A DNA stretch of 64,000 nucleotides from Mobula hypostoma (GCF_963921235.1 NC_086105.1:26784001-26848000); one strand, 5' to 3'. Numbered from the stretch's first letter, positions 49,338 through 62,477 are shown. Numbers and translations: made by a program. The notes: generated by a model from the sequence alone, not told the origin.

Positions 49338-49726
49338 CTGATAGCGGGGGAAAAAAAAAGAGTAAAAAGCAAAATAGTTAGTACGCTTAATACTAAGCAA
49401 CTAATATTGTAATTCTACTGCATTAACTATTATTAGCTATAAGCTGCCTATTTTTACAACTACAAATAAAAATTTTGCCATTATAAAATTAAGATCATCT
49501 GGTCTATACTAATATTTTTTGCAGTGAAGGTACAAAATGTGGAAGCCTTCATTGAAACAAAATCTATTTTAATATCTCTTTGAACACTAGAATCAACTTT
49601 ACAGCAAGCAGTATGGAATTTGGACTTGATCTGGACTAGACGGATGACACAGCTGCAAGTGTTTTATATTAAACAGTAAAACAAATAGACTAGTATGGTG
49701 GTGAAAACGTGTTTTATCATAACTTT

Positions 49727-49800
49727 AGGTGTTGTGTATGCTGAGTTCGCATGTTCCACTGAGAGGTGTTGTGTATGCTGAGTTCGCATGTTCCACTGAG
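49727..49800. repeat. Perfect 37-bp tandem duplication in a decayed SINE-like sequence
   Basis: AGGTGTTGTGTATGCTGAGTTCGCATGTTCCACTGAG occurs twice (49727-49763, 49764-49800). Confidence 0.9.
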
Positions 49801-50379
49801 CTGGGTTTCTTCTATGTCCTACAAATATACTGGAAGGTTGACTGGCAATTGTAAATTACTTCTTCAGTGTAGTTTAATAGAAAACAGAATCCAAGGGAAA
49901 GTGGCAGGTATGTGTGAGTAGATAAGGAACAAAGATGCAGGGTGAGAATGGGATAAACAGGATTGCCCTTCTGGATGCTCAGCATTGAACCCGGGTTGCT
50001 GCATCACTATTTGTCCTGCTTCACGTAAGCATTATAGTAAATGCACACCATCAAACTGGAACAATAAGGATACTCTTATGGTTTTAATAAAGCACCTTAT
50101 TAGTTTACTCAGCTTTGAAGAGCGATGTACATAATGACATGTTGTTTTAAAACATTTTGACAAACAGGAGCTAACTTTATTACATTTTAAAATTCACATT
50201 TTCAATTATTTCACTGATTCTAAACAGTACAATTATCACACAATTATTAATCCAAATAAATCAGTTTTGAAAGTACATTGGTTGAAGAACAAAAAGACAA
50301 ATTACTCAGTACATGCTATTTACACCTTAGCGAAGTGTTGAAAATTACAAATGATAGATATCACAAAAAAATGTTCATA

Positions 50380-52965
50380 CACTCATTGGCCACTTTATCA
50401 GGTATACCTGTACACCTGCTTGTTAATGCAAATATCTAATCAGTCAATGCATAAAAACATGCAATATGGTCAAGGTGTTCAGACCAAACATCAGAATGAG
50501 GAAGAAATCTGATACAAGTAACTTTGACTGTGCAGTGATTGTTGGTGCCAAATGGGGTAGTTTGAGTGCCTCAGAAACTGCTGGTCTCCTGGGAATTTCA
50601 CACACAACTGTGTCTGGAGTTTTTAGAGAATGGTGTGAAAAACAAAAAAAAACATCCAGTGAGTGGCAGTTCCGTGAGCAAAAGTACCCTGTTGATGAGT
50701 GAGGTCAGAGGAAAATGGCTAGACTGGTTCAACCTGACAGGAAGGCGACAATAACTCAAATAACCATGCATGTGCAGAAGAGTACTGCTCTCAAAAGAAT
50801 AAATCAGGGAAGGTAGTGCACCCATGGCTGACAAGGAAAATTAGGGATAGTATCAATTCCAAAGAAAAAGCATACAAATTAGCCAGAAAAAGTGGCTCAC
50901 CTGAGGACTGGGAGAAATTCAGAGTCCAGCAGAGGAGGACAAAGGGCTTAATTAGGAAAGGGAAAAAAGATTATGAGAGAAAACTGGCAGGGAACATAAA
51001 AACTGACTGTAAAAGCTTTTATAGATATGTGAAAAGAAAAAGATTGGTTAAGACAAATGTAGGTCCCCTACAGACAGAAACAGGTGAATTGATTATGGGG
51101 AGCAAGGACGTGGCAGACCAATTGAATAACTACTTTGGTTCTGTCTTCACTAAGGAGGACATAGATAATCTTCTGGAAATAGTAGTGGACAGAGGGTCCA
51201 GTGAGATGGAGGAACTGAGCGAAATACATGTTAGTAGGGAAGTGGTGTTAGGTAAATTGAAGGGATTAAAGGCAGATAAATCCCCAGGGCCAGATGGTCT
51301 GCATCCCAGAGTGCTTAAGGAAGTAGCCCAAGAAATAGGGGATGCATTAGTGATAATTTTTCAAAACTCTTTAGATTCTGGACTAGTTCCTGAGGATTGG
51401 AGGGTGGCTAATGTAACCCCACTTTTTAAAAAAGGAGGGAGAGAGAAACCGGGGAATTATAGACCGGTTAGCCTAACATCGGTGGTGGGAAAAATGCTAG
51501 AGTCAGTTATCAAAGATGTGATAACAGTACATTTGGAAAGCGGTGAAATCATCGGACAAAGTCAGCATCGATTTGTTAAAGGAAAATCATGTCTGACGAA
51601 TCTCATAGAATTTTTTGAGGATGTAACTAGTAGAGTGGATAGGGGAGAACCAGTGGATGTGGTATATTTGGATTTTCAAAAGGCTTTTGACAAGGTCCCA
51701 CACAGATTAGTGTGCAAACTTAAAGCACACGGTATTGGGGGCAAGGTATTGATGTGGATGGAGAATTGGTTGGCAGACACGAAGCAAAGAGTGGGAATAA
51801 ACGGGACCTTTTCAGAATGGCAGGCAGTGACTAGTGGGGTACCGGAAGGCTCAGTGCTGGGACCCCAGTTGTTTACAACATATATTAATGACTTAGATGA
51901 GGGAATTAAATGCAGCATCTCCAAGTTTGCGGATGACACGAAGCTGGGCGGCAGTGTTAGCTGTGAGGAGGATGCTAAGAGGATGCAGGGTGACTTGGAT
52001 AGGTTAGGTGAGTGGGCAAAGTCATGGCAGATGCAAATTAATGTGGATAAATGTGAGGTTATCCACTTTGGTGGCAAAAACGGGAAAACAGATTATTATC
52101 TGAATGGTGGCCGATAAGGAAAAGGGGAGGTGCAACGAGACCTGGGTGTCATTATACACCAGTCATTGAAAGTGGGCATGCAGGTACAGCAGGCGGTGAA
52201 AAAGGCGAATGGTATGTTGGCATTCATAGCAAGCGGATTCGAGTACAGGAGCAGGGAGGTACTACTGCAGTTGTACAAGGCCTTGGTGAGACCACACCTG
52301 GAGTATTGTGTGCAGTTTTGGTCCCCTAATCTGAGAAAAGACATCCTTGCCATAGAGGGAGTACAAAGAAGGTTCACCAGATTGATTCCTGGGATGGCAG
52401 GACTTTCATATAATGAAAGACTGGATCAACTAGGCTTATACTCGTTGGAATTTAGAAGATTGAGGGGGGAATCTTATTGAAACGTATAAAATCCTAAAGG
52501 AATTGGATAGACTAGATGCAGGAAGATTGTTCCCAATGTTGGGGAAGTCCAGAACGAAGGGTCACAGTTCGAGGATAAAGGGGAAGCCTTTTAGAACCGA
52601 GATTAGGAAAAAACTTCTTCACACAGAGAGTGGTGAATCTGTGGAATTCTCTGCCACAGGAAACAGTTGAGGCCAGTTCATTGGCTATATTTAAGAGGGA
52701 GTTAGATATGGCCCTTGTGGCTGAAGGGATCAGGGGGTATGGAGGGAAGGCTGGTACAGGGTTCTGAGTTGGATGATCGGCCATGATCATAATAAATGGC
52801 GGTGCAGGCTCGAAGGGTCGAATGGCCTACTCCTGCACCTATTTTCTATGTTTCTATTAACATGCAATTCATTGAAACTTGAAGTGGATGGGCTGCAGCA
52901 GCAGAAGATCATGAACGTACGCCTTATTAGGTATAGGAGGTACCTAATAAAGTGGCCACTGAGTG
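50380..52965 (+). mobile_element. Non-autonomous Tc1-like element split by a nested CR1
   Basis: TA flanks and TIRs CACTCATTGGCCACTTTATCAGGTA / TACCTAATAAAGTGGCCACTGAGTG. Transposase HTH remnant in ORF 50466 (SASETAGLLGISHTTVSGVFREW). Confidence 0.88.
50783..52856 (+). mobile_element. Young 5'-truncated CR1 LINE (RT domain)
   Basis: ORF 50816..52117 (433 aa; NYRPVSLTS, DFQKAFDKVPH, FADD), continued by 52130..52480, with a (TTCTATGT)n-type tail. Confidence 0.94.
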
Positions 52966-54043
52966 TATATTTGTAACTTCATTACGTTGGATGAGCCAAC
53001 AACAGCACAGTGCTACTATTTTATCTTTACATTCTTTGATATTCAATACAATCATGGCTCTTCAACCATTTCCATTTTCTCTTCATCTACATATACCGTA
53101 ATTGCCATCATGTCTAAAAATTTGATCTCAGCCTAAAATCAGCACACTGGTGTGATACACATGATCTGGGATTTCACATCTCAGCAATAAATAGCTGCCC
53201 TTTATTTGAAGATTAACGTCCCCTTGTTTTAGATTTTAGAGCATCGACACAGCATCTACAATCTAATTCAACAACATTATCTTACACTTTTTTTAAAACA
53301 TGTGTTGGTGTGTGGATCAGCACATCTTCTCACAGAACAACCTCTCATCGCACAAATCAATCTAGTTAATTTACACAGTAAGGTCTAGAAGGCAAGTGTA
53401 TCCTTCCTTGGGTTTGGGGACCAAACCATGGAACATTCCAGAATGTTGTCATCAAATATCATTCCAGAAAGATTTTTTTAAATAACTCTTGCAAGTCATT
53501 TACAGTGAGACAAAAACATGATTTCTCTTTGTGACTTCTAGCTTCAACTATATGTTAATTCCTTTACTAATGCTCCTTAATGTAACAGAGTAATGTGGAA
53601 ATTAAAGATTAACAGTACCAAATGGAGAATTTAAAACATTATACATAGCAATGTGAGACTAAAATCCACTGAAAAGAATACAAAGCATTAACAACAATGT
53701 AGGATCATTATAGCTTGTCAGCCGCAGCGGAATAATAAACCTAGTGGAATCATAAACCAGAAGGCAATAGCAAAGTTACACACAAGCAAAGCAAAATAGT
53801 TACAAGTAAATCAGATTATTTAAAAACTGAGCAACAGACAAAGCTAGTGATTAAGCAGGCACTATTTAAATATGGTTCATTGTAACTTCATATTATTTAC
53901 CTGTAGAATTGATATGTAACTTGGCACTCATGATCATTGCAAAGGAAGAGCAATTCTAAATGAATTAACTTATCCCTTACAACAACTTACTGCATATTAG
54001 ATATTCAACATACTATGATACCCAAACAGAATACAATACCTAC

Positions 54044-54104
54044 CTTTTAAAGCTGCACAGTGCCTTTTTATTGCAGGGGGTGTGAGATGCAAAAAGTTTG
54101 GAAT
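54044..54104 (-). CDS. MRPS35: MRPS35 exon 4
   Basis: 61 nt with AG/GT borders, encoding IPNFLHLTPPAIKRHCAALK. Confidence 0.96.
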
Positions 54105-54460
54105 CTGAAAAAAAAATTAGAAACAGGAAAATCCTTATATTTTTATCTGTATATTTTAAAGTTGTAAATTGATATCATCTTGTGTGTAGGAAAAGTGATC
54201 CTCAGAAAAATCAGTGTAAAATGCAGCTTGGGAAGCAATACACAATCAAAAATATTGCTTAACCACAAGTGGTACTCATGGAGCACAATGATAAAAATGA
54301 ATCAGGATACAAATAAAGCATCTAGTTTAGTATAGAGGTCCCTACACTCCAGTAATAGTTATCACATATTATCTACAGAATGAAAGGCTCCTCTCAAAAT
54401 ATGGTTCAAAGCATATTCAAAACATTGTGCTACAATTGAATTCGACCAGACTATACCTAC

Positions 54461-54628
54461 TTTTATGAGCTCCAGGTTTCCTGTTTTGCTTGGTGGTATG
54501 CCTCTCTTTACTGGATAGCCCATACGAACAGGAAGAGGCACAGCGGAAGGTTTGAATGCTGCAGCAGTTGGGTACACATTCCACCAGTTTTGGTCCACTT
54601 TCATCTTTTCAGTTCTTGGAAATGAGGG
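54461..54628 (-). CDS. MRPS35: MRPS35 exon 3
   Basis: 168 nt with AG/GT borders, encoding [56 protein letters not shown]. Confidence 0.96.
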
Positions 54629-55049
54629 CTACAATGTAAAGTATGCATTTCTTTGTAAAATTGTTCATTTTACATCAGATTCTTACAGAATTATCACTAG
54701 ATATGGTATGTAATGCTAATCAAAAGACTCTTTCATGATTTTCAGAATGTGGATGTCAGTTGTCTTTCCTTAAAAGTTTAGGACTTGGCACTGAGCTGTC
54801 TTCCTGAACTATGACAGCACACTTGGAGAAAGTGCTTCCACATACCACGATTAGGGAGGACACCCAGAATTTTGATCCAGAAAACATGACGAACAGAGAA
54901 ACAATTCAAAGCCAAGAACCTACAAGACCTGTAGAGGAGCTTGGAGGCATTGATATCCATAAAGACCAAATTCCCAGACTTTTGTGCACTTTCAGATAAT
55001 CAAGGTTTCGTCTGGGTGGTGATTTTACAGAACTTTTTATAGAAGGAAT

Positions 55050-55780
55050 AAAGGCATAAACAATTTTCAAAATAAGGAGTAAATTCAGAAATCAGAGATG
55101 CAAAGGGACTTGGGAGTCCTCGTGCAGCAGCCCTTCAAAAAGGTTAATTTGCAGGTTGAGTTGGTGGTAAGAAAGGCAAATGCAATGTTAGCATTTATTT
55201 TGAAAGGACTAGAACATAAAAACAAGGATGTCATGCTGAGGCTTTATAGTACTTAGAATAATGTAAGCAATTCTCAGCTATCTAAGAAAGGATGTGCTGG
55301 CATTTGAGAAAGCCCAAAGGTTTGTGAGAATGATCTTGGGAATTAAAGGGTTAACATATGAGAAGCATTTGATTGCTGTGGGCTTGTACTTGCTGGAGCT
55401 CAGAAGAATGTAGGGTCATCTCATTTTGGAAGGCCTAGACAGAGTGAACATGGAGAGGATGCTTCATAAAGTGGGGGAGCCTAGGACCAGAGGACACAGT
55501 CTCAACAGAAGGAAGTCCTTTAGAACAGAGATGAAGAGGAATTTCTTAGTCACAGGGTGGTGAATCTGTATAATTCATTGCCGACAGACAACTGCATGGG
55601 CCATGTTATTAGGTATATTTAAGGCAGAGGTCGATAGGTTTTGATTAGTAAGGCCATCAAAGGTTACAGGGAGAAGGCAGGAGAATGGGGTTAAGAGGGA
55701 CAATAAATCAGTCACGATTGAATGGCAGAGTACTCAATGGGCCAAATGGCCTAATTTTGCTGCTATGACCTATGGTCTAA
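55050..55780 (+). mobile_element. Degraded CR1 3' fragment
   Basis: KIQKSEMQRDLGVLV, VRKANAMLAFI and a CR1 3' UTR. Confidence 0.82.
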
Positions 55781-58115
55781 ATTTCTGAGAATGATCCAAT
55801 AACAGAATGTACCTTGTGCTCACAGTATAGTGGCAAGAGAGAGAGAGCTTTTGAACAACTGAATGAATTGATGCACATGTTGGACCTGTTCAAGTAGCCA
55901 TGTTGTTCAGTGACTAGATAATATCTGCTGGATTAAGACAGAATAATTACAGTAAAAATAATTACATTAAAAACACATAATACAAAAAGCATGGCTAAGA
56001 TTTCGTATTTCTTCATCATATTATAAAGCTAAGAAGTTCTGTGGTACTATGCACAGTTAAGTGTGTAAACCCAGATGATGTTAATGATTCTGTGCTTCTC
56101 CACAATGTGTGCTGTTTGGTCAAACATAATCTAACAATGATAATTATAAACTAGTCTTGCTCTATAAAGCCTAAAATGATGTGCTTTACTGCACGAGAAG
56201 AAAATTAAGTTTTAAATAACACATTAAAGTAAAATTACGGTGAATCTAACTTCCTGGCCCTAAAATGTAATCTTTATATATCTTTTAGACTTTGCTTCAG
56301 TCATTTCAAAATTATGCTTCCTAATTTGCATTTTTAAAATATATTTCAGCTTCTAACTTTTTTCTTATGTGTATTGTATTTTATTTCAGGTTTTGTGATA
56401 ATTTTTGAAAATTTACTTAAAACTTGTGAGCCAATTAACTTCTTCACCACTTTTTGCTACTCAGTCTGCTTGCTGCACTTCAGAACTTTCTTGAAACCAG
56501 GGCTTGACAACAAGTAATAAATGGAAAAGGTGCAATCCACATCAACAAAATTCACTTGTAACCTTAAAGTCAAATATGAACCCTTCTGCAACTCATCAGC
56601 AGGGAACACTGCTGTGTTGCTGAGTGCAAAATCTATTCCTAAAGATATTGTACAACTGTTATTTTGTGGGCATTTGGAAAAACAAACTTGGTCCTATTTG
56701 CTTTAATATATAACTGCCATAATATTTTACAGTACCCTAACAAATGCTTAGAGTACTTGTTTTACAATGGGCCAACACAGCATTTGTTGTAGTGAACAGA
56801 AAATTAAATCACTAAATCTCTATCATTTTAAACTAGTTAACTGAATTAACCCAGGGCAATAAGCAAAAGTATCCACAAGCACAGATATTACTTGGCTTGC
56901 TCTTGTCACTGGAACATGCAGTGTTTAATTCCACATGCTTGTAACACCAGCTCTTTTATTTGCTCCATTAACTCTTCATCGTCAGACCAATTGGTTGGCA
57001 TCAAAATTTGAATAAGCAACAATTCCTACCAATGGAATATTAAGATCAAACCCCTCGAATTCCACCTCTTAACCAGATCAGTCTCTAACCCACTCCCTAG
57101 CAAAAAAGTATTTGTAACCTCTGGATCAGATATAAGCTTGAGTGTGCACATTGCAGCATCCTAAAAATGAGAAGGTGCCAGTCTAATGAAGCTGAAGTAC
57201 AATATGACATGCAAATAGTGACACAGAATAAAATGCAAATGATAGAGATAAGCAACTTCACAACAGATCAAATCCAAGCTTATCAAACCTACATCTAGTT
57301 ATGTAAGTGGTGGAGTATTAAACAGCTAACTGAGCAGGAAGCACCAAGAACATGCCATTCTAAATAATGCTAGTACCCAACATGTGAATGCTCAAGAAAT
57401 TTCTGATTTGAATCCTTCTGTGGTCTAACAGGTATGGTATGTTAAAAGATTCAGTGACTGCACTCATTACAATAGAAAAAATTAGCTGTGATGGTGAACA
57501 TTCCATATGATTTCTCTTTAAATAAACTAATTAATCAAAAGCCTGATAAACTTTTAATAATTATTGAATATTCTTCACAGTCTGAGATCTAGCAGTTTCT
57601 TTTCCCCATGATTTAATCAGCTGTGAAAGCATTTCTCAGAATATGGCATGGTATTCACAATAGGTTGGCCTTGATCAGCTCAGCACACTGCAAGGACTAA
57701 CTTTAGGAATTTTCTCCAGATAAGTGTTGTGCATGGAATTTGAGTGAGCACAGGCAGCTTCATACTCACTGAAAAAGCTAAATTAAAATGTCTTAGGCAA
57801 GATGTTGTAAATTAATGCACTTAACTTGCAGTTCCATTATGTTCCTGGCTGGCCTTACTCCATCTACTCTCCCTGGTGGTCATACAAAACTGATCTGAAA
57901 AGTATTTTAAATCTTCTCCTTGTTCATATGCTTTTAAAGAATAGGATAAAGTAACCACTGGGACAAATATTCTATAATTTAGAAAGGAACTAAAACCAGC
58001 TTTCAAAAGGAAAAAAAATAAGAATATAAAGAAAGTTCAGCTGCTTCATTTCTGTGCTTCAAGCACTTAGGGGTTTTAAATAACTTTAAACATTGAAGAA
58101 CTGTGCAGTAGTTAC

Positions 58116-58165
58116 CTCTCTCCTTTGTCTTTCTTTTGGAGTTGGTCTGTGGTCTCCTATTGCAC
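58116..58165 (-). CDS. MRPS35: MRPS35 exon 2
   Basis: 50 nt, acceptor ctctccag and donor GAG|GTAACT. Phase 1 to phase 0 exactly bridges exons 1 and 3. Encodes GAIGDHRPTPKERQRRE. Confidence 0.85.
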
Positions 58166-60317
58166 CTGGAGAGATTTGATAAAATTAGAATGACATTGAA
58201 AATAACTGGACCTTTCTTGAGCTACATTAGAAATATATCAAATGTTCTTATTTTCGATAACAATCATAAAAGGAAAAAAATAAGGAAACAAAAACAATAG
58301 CTATTGTTTCCATCAATATTTTTCATGACTTGAATAGAGGAATTTAACTTTTGCTAAGAAATTGATTTTTTTTTTGCACGAACAGATCATGTTTTGGTGA
58401 GATACAAGAATGACCAATTCATAAAAAATGGTTTATTTCAATATAACAAATAGTTGCATTACTTTGGGCACAGCTTAGAAACACATACTGAGCAATAACA
58501 GGCTAAGAATTTGTAGAACCTTACATAAGGTTCTTCAAATGTGAACAGATTAAAGGGATCACCTGTGCACATTTGGCAAAGTGGACACTGAACAAAGAGG
58601 ATCTAACATTTCTGATCCTTTGCACATTATATGTGGACTTCGATCACTCAAGAATTAATAATCAATCCATCCAAAAATATCAGGATAAAGAATAAATTTA
58701 AAAATAATCAGTTACCTTCAAACTTCAACGTGTGTACTGTTCACCAAATTGATTGTGCACACCAAACATTGTGAATTTATGTACTTCATTTAAGCATACC
58801 AACTACCCACTTGATGATCAGAGTTTACATATAAAGAAAATACATAATAGTACAGAAATAATACATAATACTAACTTGCTAGGTGAAACCCATCTCCCTC
58901 TCCTAGTTATTAATCACAGCCTTGTTATTAATTATGATCCTTCAAGTTCACACCCTATAGTAAACAGGGTGTGAACAATGAGTTACAGACCATCATTCAT
59001 CCTTTCCCTCCGATCCTTCTACCAATTAACTTAAAATTACCATCTTTCCCCTTTATTTTTCCTTTTCCTAGGAGAAACAAGTTTTTATTTTTAATTCAGT
59101 CATATTTATACACAACCTAATTAATTAAATGTCTTCTGTCCCCTTTACTCTAATGTAAGCAGCTTCCAGTTGAGATGGTCTTTTCTAGTGGCTATAATTC
59201 TCCAGCCTTGGCAGGACTCTTGCAAATCACCACTGCACCTTTTCTAGCTTTATCAGATAATTCTATAATGTTGTAACACAGCTATGCAAAATAGTCAACA
59301 TACATCAAAGTTGCTGGTGAAAAGTCTGTGTTTTACACAGTTATGGCATGACTTCTCTGCTCCTATATTCTTAGCTTCAGTTCATAAAGGGAAAGTATCC
59401 TCTACATGTATAGGGTAGCATAGCAGTTCGCATAACATTGTAGTAAATAGGGCATCCCTTGTCCTACTTATTCTCCACAACTTTTCTGGATTGAATTCCA
59501 TTTGCCACTACTGTGTCCACCTAACCAGAACTTTCTTTCTCTAGATAAAACACAGTACTGTACCATTTTCAAATTCCTGAACTGTGGCTTGTACATTTAA
59601 GTCAAAGTCATTTACTCACACCACTAAAAGTAATTTAAATCTAAGCCCTTTGCTTTCCACCATTATTGCCTATTGTTAACTGTATCTGCAATTTTCTTAA
59701 TGATCTTGTGTTTAATTTTTAGAATAATCTGCCACATGGAATTTTGTTTTAAATAATTACTAACGAATACTTACTGTGGTATACACTTGCATTAGTTACT
59801 ACATAATTCTAATCAATAGAAGTTATCAACATTTTATTGTACTTCGGACTACATGAAAATGAATTCAGCACAGGTAATAAGGCTGGAGTCAGAACACACT
59901 CCCATCCCTACGGTTTCGCAACCATCTTGCTAAATTTAGTATGTTAAAAATCTACTATCTAGTTCCAATTAAGATGAATAGGCTGCATTTATTTAATGAT
60001 ATCGGGTATGCCACTGCTGGGAGGGCAGCTGAGAGGAACGAACCACACAGTAACTCCCAACCCATTTTAGCATTTTCGTCAGCAAGGTCATGGTGAACAG
60101 TGTAAATTGGTTTGCAAGGCATGAAAACAGAATGTGAATTATTCACAGCCCGGTGCTCGTTACTCAAAGACTTACTTCTTTATTTCAAAGTAAGTTTTAT
60201 TAAGTTAAAAACGTTATAGAGTTTACAAACGGAACCCCAGTAACACACTGAACGACTGAGGCCCGGTTTTTACCAGGCGCAGCACCTCTCTTACTGCGCC
60301 TAATGTTATCCCATTAC

Positions 60318-60444
60318 CTTCGGTCGGAGGAGAAGAGGTTACCGAAAACGCCGTGGAATAAAAGGCAGCGGGCCTGAAACGATTTACCCGGCACATGACA
60401 GTTAATGAGCCCAAACTGCATCGTGTTACCGGGACAGCCGCCAT
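60318..60444 (-). CDS. MRPS35: MRPS35 exon 1 (mitochondrial targeting presequence)
   Basis: aggATGGCGGCT start. MAAVPVTRCSLGSLTVMCRVNRFRPAAFYSTAFSVTSSPPTE is Arg/Ser-rich and acid-poor. Donor AAG|GTAATG, within a CpG island. Confidence 0.88.
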
Positions 60445-60565
60445 CCTCCAGTTCTCCAACGGCCCAGAGTGCACTTGGCGACGCGGGCGGGACGGGGCCG
60501 AGCTGCAGGAGAAATTCAGCGTGTACGCGCTGGCTCCTGGGAAACGTAGTACTATGTAGTCATGC
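60445..60565 (-). promoter_or_regulatory. MRPS35 CpG-island promoter with ZNF143/Staf (SBS) motif and GC box
   Basis: Minus strand ACTACGTTTCCCAGGAGCC (60532-60550) preceded by a second ACTAC, GGGCGG at 60485-60490, and a YY1-like AGGATGGCGGC over the start codon. Confidence 0.7.
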
Positions 60566-60704
60566 CGAGGAAAGATAAATCCATGTGTGGGTTTATTTAG
60601 TATTCTGCCAGCAGATTCGAGATTGGGGTTGCAGTAAGATCACGTTACTGAGAAGGAAGCTGAGCTGGAAATTGTGGAAACTATCATCATACTCACAAAG
60701 AACT

Positions 60705-61540
60705 TAGAGTCATAGAAAAGTACAGCACAGAAACAGACCCTTCGGCCCAGCTACATGCCGAAACTGTTTAAACTGCCTATTCCCATCGACCTGAACTGGA
60801 CCATTGCCCTAAATATCGCTACCGCCCATGTAACTATCCTAAGTTCTCTTATACGTTGAAATCGAGTTCACATGCCCCCTTTGTGCTGGCAGCTCATTCC
60901 ACATTCTCACAACCCTCTGAGTGAAAAAGTTTCCTCTCATGTTCCCCCTAAACTTTTCATCTTTCACCCTTTGTTAGCTAAGTTCATTCCAAATGAATAA
61001 ATTACAGCAAATTCTATTACTTTTACAATAATTACAGATGGATTGTGCCCAAATTACCTAATCTTCTAGTCTCCTTGTTTAGGGAGGGATATGGGTACAT
61101 TGGAAGCAGTTCAGGAAAGTCTATGCCAATTCTGGGGATGCTGCCCTTGGAGGAATGGTTCTTCAGGTTGGGCCCTACAAAATATTGAAAGGCTTGGATA
61201 GAGTGGATGTGCAGAGTATGCTTCCATTAGTGGGAGAGTCTAGGACCAGAGGGCACAGCTTTGAATAGAAAGACATCTCTCTAGAACAGAGATGAGGAGG
61301 AATTTATATAGCTAGAGAGTGGTAATTCTGTGGAATTATTGCCAGAGACTACTGTGGAGGCCAAATCATTGGTATATTAAATGCGGAGGTTGATAGGTTC
61401 TTGATTAATAAGGTTGTCAAAGGTTACAGGGAGAAGGCAGGAGAATGGGATTGAGAGGGATAATAAATCTGCCGTTAGTGAATGGCAGAGTAGACTCTGG
61501 ATTGAATGGCCTAATTCTCTTCTTTACTCTTGTGGTCTTA
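60705..61540. mobile_element. CR1 3' fragments (minus about 60705-60970, plus about 61080-61540)
   Basis: Typical CR1 3' ends, such as LKGLDRVDVQSMLPLVGESRTRGHS and the 3' UTR. Confidence 0.75.
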
Positions 61541-61906
61541 AGGCACTAATCATTGGAGATTAGAAGAATGAGAGAATTTAGAAGAATTTGGAATATGAGG
61601 GGGCTTCATACTTCAACTACCGAGTGATAATTTCCTTCGTGGGAGAAGGAATTGCAGTGTGAACTGAAGTCTCAAAAGTGATGAAGTCTGGGCCAGAAAG
61701 CGGAGAATGAGCTAATGTATGGCCATTGATGGAGCAGACTTGGAGGCAATTCGATGCAGCAGAACTGATAGGAAGCAAACGGATGTGCCATAAATTTAGA
61801 TTGTTATATGGCATCTAACTCAAATCCTGACCTGCTGAATATCTCCAGCATTTTGTGTTTCTGTGTGCAGACACACAAACTGATAATTTTAACCATGATG
61901 TGAGCC

Positions 61907-61975
61907 AATTCTCAAATTACCTGTATGAAATCAAGATCTGCAAAAGCGTAGTTTCATACAGGTAATTTGAGAATT
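61907..61975. repeat. Perfect 24-bp inverted repeat with a 21-nt spacer (hairpin)
   Basis: AATTCTCAAATTACCTGTATGAAA (61907-61930) and its exact reverse complement (61952-61975). Confidence 0.92.
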
Positions 61976-62477
61976 TTACCAGTCTTTTATTCAAATGAAT
62001 AATGCAGAAAGTACATTGGAACCCAGTGGCCTCTTGCTGCTGGGTGATATAACTCAAAGATAGTATGGAGAGTGAAGGTGAAATGATTGGGAATAAAACC
62101 TTTGGGAATACATTCTTCAACAATCTGTTAAGAGTAAGAATATGAGAGAACAACATTCCAGTAAGTCCAGTATACAGAAAGTAAAAGTATGGTTACATTT
62201 AAGAATAAGGTATAATTGGGAATCATGGTCCTTATTGATTTATTTAACCAGATTCAGTAGCAATTCAGGACCAAAAAGAGAGGTACTAAGTGAGAAATGT
62301 GTCCCTAAAAGTATATGAGAATTGTTGCGTTAAAATCAATTGATTAGGAGGACACATATAAAAATAAAGACAGGTCTGTGGCCATGGAGACAAACAGTTA
62401 ATATTTCAGTTGATGATGACTTTTTGTCAGAACTGAGAAAAGTTAGAAATCAAACATGGTTTCAGTTGCAGAAAAGA

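Noticed and set aside
60445-60474. Upstream in-frame extension of MRPS35 from the ORF track (MHSGPLENWR)
   Set aside because: It starts at a GTG. The ATG at 60444 has good Kozak context and gives a typical MAA- presequence.
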